Sequence record: DRR723986_9796
DNA: 64,000 nucleotides
Reading direction: 5' to 3' (one strand)
The translations under genes and the position numbers were made by a program. Positions 30,277 to 39,787 of this stretch are shown here, one piece after another. The notes below the pieces were generated by a model. The model was not told the origin of the DNA, did no database searches, and saw only the letters and a program-made list of their open reading frames with translations. Position 1 is the stretch's first letter, and every line of letters starts with the position of its first letter.

Positions 30277-32589
30277 GTGTACGCAGCGACCTTGAACAAC
30301 ATGCTTACCCTGAGCCAGCTGGGCGTTGATCCAGTCTTTGGATGGCTGCCAACCATCATCATCTCAGCACTGCTTGCACTCAGCCTGTTGTTAACGCTGA
30401 CGGACACCAACCTCAGCCTTCGCGGCCGCTTGGTGCTTGCCGCGCTGCGCCTGCTCGCCATGGTCGTGTTCCTGCTAGCTTGGCTACGCCCCGGTTTTGT
30501 CAGCGAGGATGAACTCGAAACACCGGGCAGCCTTGCGGTACTTCTGGATCGCAGCGAGAGCATGACACTGCCCAGCGGGAGCAGTGACGAAAATCGCTGG
30601 CAAGTCCAGCAACGTGTCTGGAATCGAATTGCTGCCGAAACGAACCTCAAAGTTGGGCAGACAACCATCATACCGTATTTCTACGGCAGCGATCTCAAGA
30701 AGGTCGATGGAGAGTCCTTGCCTAACCTGGAGCAACAGTTTGGCAGCCCTCCTGGCGCGAAACTAACCGATATCGGCAACGCCCTCAAACAAGTCGGCCA
30801 AACGCAACTCGATCCTCCGCTGCGTGGCGTTGTACTAGTGGGCGACATGACCCAAACGCTGCTCCCGGCCGCTAACGATCCGGCCGTCGTTGCTCGACAA
30901 ATGTCGCAGCTTGATCAGTCGGTGGTTGTCGTCGGAATCGGCGCGGAAAGCAAAACGGGCCTACGCGATATTGCCATTGAACAAATGCCAGCGGAAATCA
31001 CTGCGTTTGCCAAGAAGGAAGTCCGTGTCCCAATGGTGATCGCTGCTTCTGGCGTCCTCAACCAACCCATTCAAGTCGATCTGTTTCTGCAGTCCGATGG
31101 CGAAGCTCCGAAACGAATCGGCCAGAGGGAAATCCGTGCCGGTAAGGCCGAAGATAAGATCCCCGTCGACTTTGACATCGTCCTTCCAGAAGTTGGCGAC
31201 TACCTCCTCAAAGCCAAGGCCTCTATTGACGGCCGTGAGCAGATACCAACCAACAATGAATCCATCGGATTTGTTACCGTTCGCGAGGGCGGCGTCCGCG
31301 TCCTCTATATCGAAGGAACAGTACGGTGGGAATTCAGTTTTCTGCGGCGTTCCATGGACGAGGCGTTGGAGTTTGAAATTGAAGTGCCGACTGAATCGCT
31401 GACCCGACCACGCGATGGAAGCGCAGGCGCGCTCGATTTGCGACGGACTTACGATTTCAAACAGTACGATGCCTTCATCATCGGCGACATTCCCGCCGCA
31501 GCGATCTCGCGAGCGACACAGCAAGAGATTGTACGACGCGTTGAACGCAGTGGTGCAGGAATACTGTTCATGGGTGGATCGCAGTCGTTCATCGGCGGCG
31601 GCTACGAATCGAGCGAGTTGGCCAAGATTATGCCGGTCCAATTGCCGCGCGGCCGACAAGCAGTCTATGCACCACTGGATCGACGATTCCACATCTTTGG
31701 CGAGCAACAGCTTCGACCAACACGCCCACACGAGATCACCCGTTTAGATCGCAACGCGCCCGACAACGATCTACTTTGGGAATCCCTGCCGGCCATGATC
31801 CAGATGAATCGCCTTGGGCAGCTCAAAGCGGAAGCTGGCGCGACAGTCCTGCTGGAGAACCAGAATGGAGATCCTGCACTAATCACCTCGCTTGCCGGTC
31901 GAGGACGCGTCGCATTGTTCGCTCCTGACACAACCTACCAATGGCGACTCAAGGGCTTTCGCCAAACTCACCAGCGATTTTGGCGACAAGTAATCCTTTG
32001 GTTGGTGAAGAAGAATTCCTTGGAAGAGGGCTTCCAGCTTTCCATGGATCGGCGAAGACTCAATCTAGAGTCAGGTGCCACAATCGACGCCCAGTGGATC
32101 GGCGGGACGTCAAATAGTGAGATGCCGTCGGAGGTAAAGTTCTCCCTGTATCGTGACGGCAAGTGGCTACGCGACGTTCCATCGGTCGATGCCGGCGCAG
32201 GAGCAAAACAGGTTGCCATCGATCGAATTGGGGAACCGGGAATTTACAAACTAACGCTACAGAGCCCTGAATCCGACGGAAAATTCGACGAGGAGATCGC
32301 CTTCGTCGTCCAAGATCAATCCGTCGAACTCGCCCGACCATCAATGGACCTGCAAATGGCAAGGGGCATTGCTGCAGCCAACAGTAAAGTAGGCGGCCGC
32401 TTTGTTCGCCCTGACGAAATTGATTCAGTGATCGAATGGCTACGCCAGAGAGACGAAGCGGCGACGACCACGGTCGTTCAGCGACGCGCCCTAGGTGACA
32501 AGGCCTGGGATTCGTGGGTTGTGTTGGTGCTGTTCTGTTTCCTGCTCTGTTTCGAGTGGACGCTCCGCAAACGCTGGCAATTGCCCTAG
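30277..32589 (+). CDS. vWA / glutamine amidotransferase-like membrane protein of the MoxR operon
   Basis: LDRSESM, RVLYIEG..RWEF.FLRR, G.GRV, RFWRQ..LWL, C-terminal EW.LRKRW. Confidence 0.85.
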   Translation: MYAATLNNMLTLSQLGVDPVFGWLPTIIISALLALSLLLTLTDTNLSLRGRLVLAALRLLAMVVFLLAWLRPGFVSEDELETPGSLAVLLDRSESMTLPSGSSDENRWQVQQRVWNRIAAETNLKVGQTTIIPYFYGSDLKKVDGESLPNLEQQFGSPPGAKLTDIGNALKQVGQTQLDPPLRGVVLVGDMTQTLLPAANDPAVVARQMSQLDQSVVVVGIGAESKTGLRDIAIEQMPAEITAFAKKEVRVPMVIAASGVLNQPIQVDLFLQSDGEAPKRIGQREIRAGKAEDKIPVDFDIVLPEVGDYLLKAKASIDGREQIPTNNESIGFVTVREGGVRVLYIEGTVRWEFSFLRRSMDEALEFEIEVPTESLTRPRDGSAGALDLRRTYDFKQYDAFIIGDIPAAAISRATQQEIVRRVERSGAGILFMGGSQSFIGGGYESSELAKIMPVQLPRGRQAVYAPLDRRFHIFGEQQLRPTRPHEITRLDRNAPDNDLLWESLPAMIQMNRLGQLKAEAGATVLLENQNGDPALITSLAGRGRVALFAPDTTYQWRLKGFRQTHQRFWRQVILWLVKKNSLEEGFQLSMDRRRLNLESGATIDAQWIGGTSNSEMPSEVKFSLYRDGKWLRDVPSVDAGAGAKQVAIDRIGEPGIYKLTLQSPESDGKFDEEIAFVVQDQSVELARPSMDLQMARGIAAANSKVGGRFVRPDEIDSVIEWLRQRDEAATTTVVQRRALGDKAWDSWVVLVLFCFLLCFEWTLRKRWQLP

Positions 32590-32633
32590 TCGCCAGGCTG
32601 AGGACATGCCTTCAAAGGTCACACGGCCCTTGT

Positions 32634-35528
32634 TTAGGGCAACTTTATCTTGGCAAGATAGATTGCCGACTTGCATTCGGGGTTCTCTTGGATCTGCCCA
32701 GCCTCGTGCGACGAGTAGTAGCTAATCCAAAGGTGGTCGTTGTGGTACACCAACCCCGGATAACTCGTATCGCCGCCAGACGGCAGTCTGAGCACTTCAG
32801 TTACTTGTCCGGTCACCAGGTTTAATTGGCAAAGCGAAGTTCGAACGTCGCTCAGCGCTTTGCCGTCCAGCCCATTTGACGTATAAAGCCGTCCCGCGGC
32901 AAAGACACGACCATCGGGCACTCGGATCATGTGCGGCCCGCCGATGCGAACGCCTAAATCTGTCCATTGCCAGGATTCAAATGGCGCGTTGGCGACGCCA
33001 AGCTGAGCGGTGGGTTCGCTCCCATCGCGCCGCAACAAACAGTAAGCGGTCTGTCCTTCAAAAAGGAGACTCGTTTCGTTTGCATACCCTTGGTCGAACA
33101 ACCGCGGCACCAGCGTCTCGAAGTGCTCGCCGTCGCGACTCTTGAAAAGACGGACGTGCCGACCTCCCGAAGCACCCGTGTGATATCCCACTGAGTAAGC
33201 GACCTCGTCATGCCACGTTGTCCGCCACAGCCAATAGTTGCGCGGGCCAATCTCGACTTCATCGCTCCACGACTGACCGTCCTCGGAGAACCAAGCAAGT
33301 GATTGATGTCGGTATTCAGCCCCCTTTGGCAGGGCCACGGCACCGGAAAGCATTAGCCTCCCCTTTGGTGTGACGGTCAGCTTTGCATCTCTCAGGTCTC
33401 CCGAATTGCTTTCTATCAAGGCAACGGATTCCCAGTTCGCTTCGGGATCGTCGATATCCTCCGTTCGCAACACACGCAGCTTACCCTCGGGCGAAACATG
33501 GCCACCACCTTCGCGAAAAACGCAGTACCACTTCCCATCATGCCCGCACAGGTCCGTGAATGCATTGTGTGCAGCTCCTGACCAGATGCGCCGATGTGAT
33601 TCGATCCTGCTTGTCACAAGACGCTGATAAAGTGCATCCAGGGGCAAACGTTTGATCGCTGTTGTTGCCAAGTGTTGCCCAGCCGCATTCCTACCGGCAC
33701 AGGTTCCGAGCAGTAAATGGTCGCTATCAAAATGAATTGCGGTGTAGCAATACCAACCATCGGGATCGGTCATCAACGGCACCGATTCACTCCAGGTCTT
33801 GCCATCATCACTCGATATCGAGTAGCTCAGCGGTGTGCGCAAACTGCGTTCTTTGATCGGGACAAACTTGTGGTCATTCCAGACAGCAAGCAGATCTCCC
33901 GTTTGCGGGATCCGTTCAATCGAAGCGGGCGATCTGGGTGAAGGCAGTTGCATTCTTTCAAACGCCGTCCACGTTAGCCCTGAGTCGTGTGAGACGCTTT
34001 GATACTGGAACCCAGCGTCAGTTCTTACCCACATGAGCAAGCTGCCGTCACCAAGCTCGAAGACGCCCGGCTCCTGAGTCATGATTCGCTTGCCGTCAAC
34101 TTCCGTGGTCAGCAACTTTTCGGATCTATCCCATGATTGGCCACCATCGTCCGAGAAGAAGCAACCGACCCGCCCAGCCCAGTCTGGCCGAGGCTCTTTT
34201 GGGGTGCTGTGAAGAGCAATCGGCACGATGATCCGCCCGGACGACAACTGCACAACACGGTCGTTGTTGACGATGTAATATCCTGTCATTTCGTCGGAAA
34301 CAATCTCTACAGGCGGTCCCCATGAAGCAGCTTCGTCACTGCTGACGCGAAGAACAGGACAACAGTCGGTGAGACTATTCTTGCGGAGATAAAACATCGC
34401 GATGCGTCCGTCTTGCAGCCGCAACAACGAGACACTCATCGTGTTCATATCGCCTTCGTTGGCCAGCACGAGGGCATCTTGATCGCTCCATGTCATCCCA
34501 CCATCGGAGCTGAACCGCGAAACCAAGTCCGCAGCGGCATGGTCGCTGGGACCACCGGAGAACTTGGAATAGACGAACAGGATTTTGCCGTCGGCAAGAG
34601 TGATAAAGTCTCCTTCACTATTGCGAGGATTGTCGTTCGATGGAGGCAGCTCAAGACGGCTGCGAGACATCTCATGAAATCGCCATACGTCATAGTACCT
34701 CCGGCCGAACTCCCGAGCCGATGCGGCGCTGAAGTGAGTTCGATCACCCTTGTGCACTAGACCGTCGCTGGGAACGAAGTAGGTCAGCGTTTGGCTTGCG
34801 GCGAATTGTCGGTGAGCTTGATCGACGACCTTGCGACCGTCTTTCCAAGGCACATCGCGGAACTGCCCAAGGCCACCCAGCAACCACGGAAGCTCCTGCC
34901 CCAGTTCGTTTCGAAAGTTCTCTGCTACTTGTCGCAACCGCCCTAGGTACTCTTTGGAGCGAACGGGCGTCGAGTCCGATTCACCTTGGTGCCATAGAAT
35001 CCCTCGAATCGTCCCTGCCTCAGCGGCGTGCTTGCACCGCGCGAGTGCGTCGTCATAGGGGTGCGACTTGGTCTGTTGGTGAAATCCTCCAGGCAACCAC
35101 GTTTCAATTGCTGATCCACCCACCGCGCAGGGCACCAATCCGACGGTAACTCCTGGATGATCTGCCGCGTACTGCAGAGCAAAGGTTTTGCCGAGCCCGA
35201 CGCCGGCTATTTTGGGTTTATCAAAATGCAGCGGGTCGACCGCCTCAACCCACTGCAGTTCCTTGTTGAGCATCAAGACTCTCGGCGAGGTCTTCAGATC
35301 AGCTTCATGCACCGCCCCTCGGCCAGCCATGTTCGACTGCCCAGCCAGGACGAACAAGTGAAAATTCTCCCGCGCCGGCAGCTTGACCGCGTCTTGCTCG
35401 CGTCCCTGTTCCACACGCTCTTCTACTTTTTGCCCTGCAGCCACTTGCGTTGCTGCCGCTTGCCCCAATAACAACAAAAAGCACGCGAGCCCAGTCATTC
35501 GACAGTCTTGATATATCTTCACAATCAT
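32634..35528 (-). CDS. Secreted fusion: sialate O-acetylesterase (SGNH) + two BNR/sialidase-like propellers
   Basis: LAGQSNMAG, WHQGESD, DRTHF; five Asp-boxes (e.g. SSDGGMTW, SDDGGQSW); third domain HNAFTDL...FREG..H...DLRD...GDTSYPG...YYSSH. Confidence 0.88.
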   Translation of the reverse strand: MIVKIYQDCRMTGLACFLLLLGQAAATQVAAGQKVEERVEQGREQDAVKLPARENFHLFVLAGQSNMAGRGAVHEADLKTSPRVLMLNKELQWVEAVDPLHFDKPKIAGVGLGKTFALQYAADHPGVTVGLVPCAVGGSAIETWLPGGFHQQTKSHPYDDALARCKHAAEAGTIRGILWHQGESDSTPVRSKEYLGRLRQVAENFRNELGQELPWLLGGLGQFRDVPWKDGRKVVDQAHRQFAASQTLTYFVPSDGLVHKGDRTHFSAASAREFGRRYYDVWRFHEMSRSRLELPPSNDNPRNSEGDFITLADGKILFVYSKFSGGPSDHAAADLVSRFSSDGGMTWSDQDALVLANEGDMNTMSVSLLRLQDGRIAMFYLRKNSLTDCCPVLRVSSDEAASWGPPVEIVSDEMTGYYIVNNDRVVQLSSGRIIVPIALHSTPKEPRPDWAGRVGCFFSDDGGQSWDRSEKLLTTEVDGKRIMTQEPGVFELGDGSLLMWVRTDAGFQYQSVSHDSGLTWTAFERMQLPSPRSPASIERIPQTGDLLAVWNDHKFVPIKERSLRTPLSYSISSDDGKTWSESVPLMTDPDGWYCYTAIHFDSDHLLLGTCAGRNAAGQHLATTAIKRLPLDALYQRLVTSRIESHRRIWSGAAHNAFTDLCGHDGKWYCVFREGGGHVSPEGKLRVLRTEDIDDPEANWESVALIESNSGDLRDAKLTVTPKGRLMLSGAVALPKGAEYRHQSLAWFSEDGQSWSDEVEIGPRNYWLWRTTWHDEVAYSVGYHTGASGGRHVRLFKSRDGEHFETLVPRLFDQGYANETSLLFEGQTAYCLLRRDGSEPTAQLGVANAPFESWQWTDLGVRIGGPHMIRVPDGRVFAAGRLYTSNGLDGKALSDVRTSLCQLNLVTGQVTEVLRLPSGGDTSYPGLVYHNDHLWISYYSSHEAGQIQENPECKSAIYLAKIKLP

Positions 35529-36018
35529 CCGCCCACAGACACAATCACAACAACAGAATTTCCCGCGCCATCATAGAAGAAGCCACTACAACGCAGGGCT
35601 TACAGCACCACCAATCTAGCCCGATACTTCATAATTCAATGACAGTACTCTACTCTTCAATAGGCAGATCAGAGTTTCAAACGCGCTGGGTTGCAACGTA
35701 GACGAAGAGGTCGCGTGCCCCACCGAAAGCTGGTTCGGAAGGCATTCTGAAGAAGTTGCTACGCCGTTTGCGAAGACGTCGTGCGACTCGTACGCTTCGG
35801 AACCGGGCGGCGGCAATCCACGGACCTAAGACGACTCTTAACCTATGAATTATCATTGCTGCATTCGCGGCATACTTGGCTTGGCGTTCCACGCGTGGCG
35901 ATTTGCCATATTTGGAGCTAGACTTTATGGACATACGAGAGACTAGACTGGAGGTGTGCCCCGAGGACTGTGCAAGGACTCAATCCGGTTTGGTACCTTC
36001 GATAAGCTGAGGCAGTCT

Positions 36019-36576
36019 ATGAGCACCGAGCTAATCAACACAGTTGCGGAACCATCTCACGCTACCTGGGACTGGCAAGCCGATCATGAGTTTTGTGAGC
36101 AATTGATGAAGGACTTGCGTCAACAGGCCGGCATCAGACTGAGCACAGGAATCCGCGCTATCTCAGCGTCATCGCTTGTCCAAGAATCCATTCTAAAGCT
36201 CCTGTCCGCCAAGTGTCTTGAGCGTGCCAAGGATCGCCGCCATTTGTATGCACTGGCCGCGCAAGCCATGCGCTATGTCATCGTGGATCATATCCGTTCT
36301 AAAGCAACACTCAAGCGCAAGAGGAATCCAATCGAAGCAAACCTAGACTCGTTGGTGGGCGTGTTGGAGTCCCGAGACATCGACGTTCTTGGAATTCATG
36401 AGGGCCTTGAGCAACTTCAAGTTCTCAAGCCACGACAAGCCCAGGTCGTGGAAATGAAATTTTTTGCTGGCTACAGGATGCGTGAGATTGCAAACCGGTT
36501 GGGGGTAGGGCTTAGCACCGTCGAGAATGACTGGACTGAAGCAAAGCAATTCCTGCATCGATTTCTTGCTGATTGA
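36019..36576 (+). CDS. ECF sigma factor of the kinase-associated type
   Basis: ASSLVQES.LKL, AAQAMR.VIVDH.R....KR, VVEMKFFAG....EIA..LG....TV..DW..A. Confidence 0.9.
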   Translation: MSTELINTVAEPSHATWDWQADHEFCEQLMKDLRQQAGIRLSTGIRAISASSLVQESILKLLSAKCLERAKDRRHLYALAAQAMRYVIVDHIRSKATLKRKRNPIEANLDSLVGVLESRDIDVLGIHEGLEQLQVLKPRQAQVVEMKFFAGYRMREIANRLGVGLSTVENDWTEAKQFLHRFLAD

Positions 36577-36604
36577 ACAACTTCGCAACACTTGACTGTG
36601 GTCC

Positions 36605-38635
36605 ATGCATCCTCAATCGCCCAAACGACTTGACGACTTTCTCGAAACGAGCCTGCCTGATCTGCTAAGTTCAGAATGTGGCGCTCGATGGTCTGAGAAT
36701 TGGGTTGGGCAGCAGTTGGACGTCTATCGCATCGAGGATCTGCTCGGTACCGGCACCCATGGTGTCGTCTTTCGCGCGCGACGAACGACACCTTATGAGC
36801 AGATCGTTGCCATCAAACTGCTACCGAACCTTCGAGGCCAAGCAAATGCGGCGCAGTTTCAAAACGAATGCCAAGCGTTGGCCGACTTAGAGCATCGCAA
36901 TATTTGTCAAATTCTCAACGCAGGACTCACGGAAGATGGTACACCCTATCTGGTGATGCCGCTGCTCAGTGGCATAACCATTGATCGCTATGTGGACGAC
37001 GCCAATGTCGACGACTTTCAAATCGCGAGATTGGTCAAGCAGGTAGCCGAAGCAGTTGCTTTTGCTCATGAGAGAGGAGTCGTCCACTGCGATCTGAAAC
37101 CGGACAACATTGTGGTTGATAAAGATGGCCATGTTACCGTGACGGATTTCGGCTTGGCCGTACGAATCAACCAAATAGACGATCTTGTTGAACAGCCGTC
37201 TTGGGGGCCCGGCACGATCGGCTATGCGGCACCGGAAATTCTCTGGTGTCGAAAGGACGCATCGCACGCCATGGACGTTTACTCTTTGGGTGCGATTCTT
37301 CACCGCCTACTGACAGGGAAGGCTCCGCATGAGACGTCAGATTGGTTGGAATCACTCGTTTCCCTTGCAGGTAGCGTGTCGCCTCCCGTGCAGACACTTC
37401 GGCCAGAGATCCCCGAACACCTAGCTGCTGTCTGCGATCAATGTCTCGCACCAGTGCCCAGCCAACGTATCCGATCTGCGGAACAGGTTAAGAAACTGCT
37501 CGAGCAGTGGATCAGTTCCAATCCGCCAAGCAGCTCAGGACAACGTGAACACACATCACTGCGCCCGTTTCGCTTTGGCGTACTTGCCAGTGTGGGCCTT
37601 GCTATCACCCTGGCTGTTGTTTATTCAATCCGTCATAGCTCTTACTCGAATTCACCCGGTCGCGAGCAACCTAGAACTGCGGTTTCCAATGAGTTTACCA
37701 GCGAGGAGATTGAACTTGCATTAAAGCGGATCGAAGAAGAATGGCTGCAGCCTGGACTTCAACATCCATCGCAGCCTGGCGATTTCGCTGAGGCATTTGC
37801 GAAACTACAGCGAGCAACCCGAGAGCTCGACATCCTGTTGGCCAGCGCACCAGAGAGCAAGACGGTACGGCACCGAACCGCCACCGCGTACTTCTTGCTC
37901 GGACGAGCCGCACACTGGGTGCACGAAGATGAACGGGCGAGGAACAGTTTAGCTTATGCCGAATGGCTCTTTCGCGAACTGCATCGCGAATACCCGCAGG
38001 ATGGATTCATGTTCGATTTCTTTCACACGATCTACGCGCAGACTTCTGCGGCTCCGTCACGTCAACAGCGAGATCTGTATCTGATGATGCTTGGGATCAT
38101 CGAAGGATTGCACGAAGCACATCCTATGAATCTCGACTACTCCGATGCACTGGCCTGCACGCTCGTGAGTCTTGGATTTAGCTACGCGGATGAAGTAAAT
38201 TCTAACCTTAGAAATGTTGAGAAGGCTGGTGACTATGCTCAACGCGGACTGGAAATGGCCGAGTGGACCTGCGATCAAGCAGCAAGTCGAACAATCCATC
38301 GTAAACAGATCATGCAAGCGTTGATGGTAAAGAGCATTGTCGCGCGGCTGCAGAACGAACATCAGCAGTCAATGCAGTTTGCGAAGGTCGCGTATGCAGA
38401 GGCGATTCGCTTGGATGATGCCATGCGAATTGCGGATACCAAACAACATCGCTTCCGAAAAGCGCTACGGCTCGCAATCGCTTATCAAGAACTTGGCAGA
38501 ATCGACGACGCGCGTGAATTGCTCACGGAATTGGAGAGACTCCTTACAATACTGAGCGAACTTGGGTGGCCAAGGTATCATGTGCTTGAGCAAGACCTAT
38601 CGGAATTCAAGCAATCCTTGCCTCCTCTGTCGTGA
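36605..38635 (+). CDS. Ser/Thr protein kinase with TM helix and TPR-like C-terminus
   Basis: LGTGTHGVV, VAIK, HCDLKPDN, DFGLA, GTIGYAAPE, DVYSLG. Confidence 0.93.
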   Translation: MHPQSPKRLDDFLETSLPDLLSSECGARWSENWVGQQLDVYRIEDLLGTGTHGVVFRARRTTPYEQIVAIKLLPNLRGQANAAQFQNECQALADLEHRNICQILNAGLTEDGTPYLVMPLLSGITIDRYVDDANVDDFQIARLVKQVAEAVAFAHERGVVHCDLKPDNIVVDKDGHVTVTDFGLAVRINQIDDLVEQPSWGPGTIGYAAPEILWCRKDASHAMDVYSLGAILHRLLTGKAPHETSDWLESLVSLAGSVSPPVQTLRPEIPEHLAAVCDQCLAPVPSQRIRSAEQVKKLLEQWISSNPPSSSGQREHTSLRPFRFGVLASVGLAITLAVVYSIRHSSYSNSPGREQPRTAVSNEFTSEEIELALKRIEEEWLQPGLQHPSQPGDFAEAFAKLQRATRELDILLASAPESKTVRHRTATAYFLLGRAAHWVHEDERARNSLAYAEWLFRELHREYPQDGFMFDFFHTIYAQTSAAPSRQQRDLYLMMLGIIEGLHEAHPMNLDYSDALACTLVSLGFSYADEVNSNLRNVEKAGDYAQRGLEMAEWTCDQAASRTIHRKQIMQALMVKSIVARLQNEHQQSMQFAKVAYAEAIRLDDAMRIADTKQHRFRKALRLAIAYQELGRIDDARELLTELERLLTILSELGWPRYHVLEQDLSEFKQSLPPLS

Positions 38636-38739
38636 TTGGCCGAAAAGTTACCTTTGACATCTTTTGGCACTTCATTGGTGCATTATGGATCATGCTGTCA
38701 GCTTGTTCCCGGGTCTTGTAGTGCCCTCTGGCAGGCTAC

Positions 38740-39687
38740 TCACTGCGGATCTTCTCGAGCTGGCTCAGGAGCGTGGACCCAGAATTTCACTTCTGGCTTC
38801 CGTTCCCGGAGAAAGTTCTCTTGCGATTCCGTCAAATGACAAAAGTGCAATTCAAGTCGCTTTACGTTCGGCAGGACGGATAGCTCCGAAATGGCATCGT
38901 CATCGAAACGGCAATAGTAAAAACTGAGTGTGTCAATATTTGCAAGCACTCTGATCTTGTCGCTAAGTGAAGTCTCGGGCTTTTCACCCTGAAGCTGGAC
39001 AAACTTTAGCTTAGGGCACTGCTGTAGTGCGGACAGGTCGTCGCCGGACAGATGCCCCATGGAAAATAACCGTAAGGTTGCTAGCGAACCGCATTGAGCT
39101 AAATTCTGAATGCCTTCGCCACTCACGTTCGGGAGCGACTGAAGTAGAACTTCGGAAAGATCTGGCAGTGAGGCTACGTGAGCGATTCCTTGGTCGGTGA
39201 TGTCGGGAAGCGCTGTGTAATAACGGCCGATGTGGACTCTCGTAAGAGTGTCGACGGTGGCAATCGTTGCAAGGTCACCGTCGCTGAGTCCTTTGAATGC
39301 GATCGCTAGCTTTCCCAGTCGCTGCAGCGTCGCAATCTTTGCGATGTCTTTCGAGTTGAATTCATCCTTATCCATTCGAGAAGCCGTAACAAACAGGTCT
39401 CCCTCGGGCAGTTCGTCGGAGGACTTGACGTTGACACGTTGGCCGTCCTTCAGGACGCCAACGCTGCCGCCGAGGTTCAAGATACGTAACGCTACTTCAC
39501 GTTCGGTGAGCTCTGGCGGTTGGGGTTCGGCTTCCGGAACGGATGGCGAAACCAGCGGCTCTTCGGGAGAACTGACCAGCGGAGCATTCGGTGGTGCTGG
39601 ATCAGGCGATCGTTCACTGCACCCTGGAAGGGTGGCCAGCGTGGTTGCGAGGGAAATTACTGCCCAGGTAGCTCGCATCTTTGTCAT
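38740..39687 (-). CDS. Leucine-rich repeat lipoprotein
   Basis: Lipobox LPGC, Pro-rich linker, LRR units (ITDQGIAHVASLPDLSEVLL); frame stays open upstream through repeat copy A1. Confidence 0.8.
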   Translation of the reverse strand: MTKMRATWAVISLATTLATLPGCSERSPDPAPPNAPLVSSPEEPLVSPSVPEAEPQPPELTEREVALRILNLGGSVGVLKDGQRVNVKSSDELPEGDLFVTASRMDKDEFNSKDIAKIATLQRLGKLAIAFKGLSDGDLATIATVDTLTRVHIGRYYTALPDITDQGIAHVASLPDLSEVLLQSLPNVSGEGIQNLAQCGSLATLRLFSMGHLSGDDLSALQQCPKLKFVQLQGEKPETSLSDKIRVLANIDTLSFYYCRFDDDAISELSVLPNVKRLELHFCHLTESQENFLRERKPEVKFWVHAPEPAREDPQ

Positions 39688-39726
39688 ATCCTTAAATGTT
39701 TCTGTCTGACATCTAAAGGATCCGCC

Positions 39727-39784
39727 CGAACGCACACTTGAACGTGTGGACAGGACCCAGCTAAACGAATCATCAGCGCGCTCA
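39727..39784. repeat. 58-bp direct repeat, copy A1 (intergenic)
   Basis: 51/58 identical to 40346-40403; first 26 bp identical (CGAACGCACACTTGAACGTGTGGACA). Confidence 0.95.
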
Positions 39785-39787
39785 TTG

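Noticed and set aside
35677-35934. 85-aa highly basic ORF divergent from the ECF gene
   Set aside because: No RBS or recognisable motif; it cannot be distinguished from a spurious ORF.
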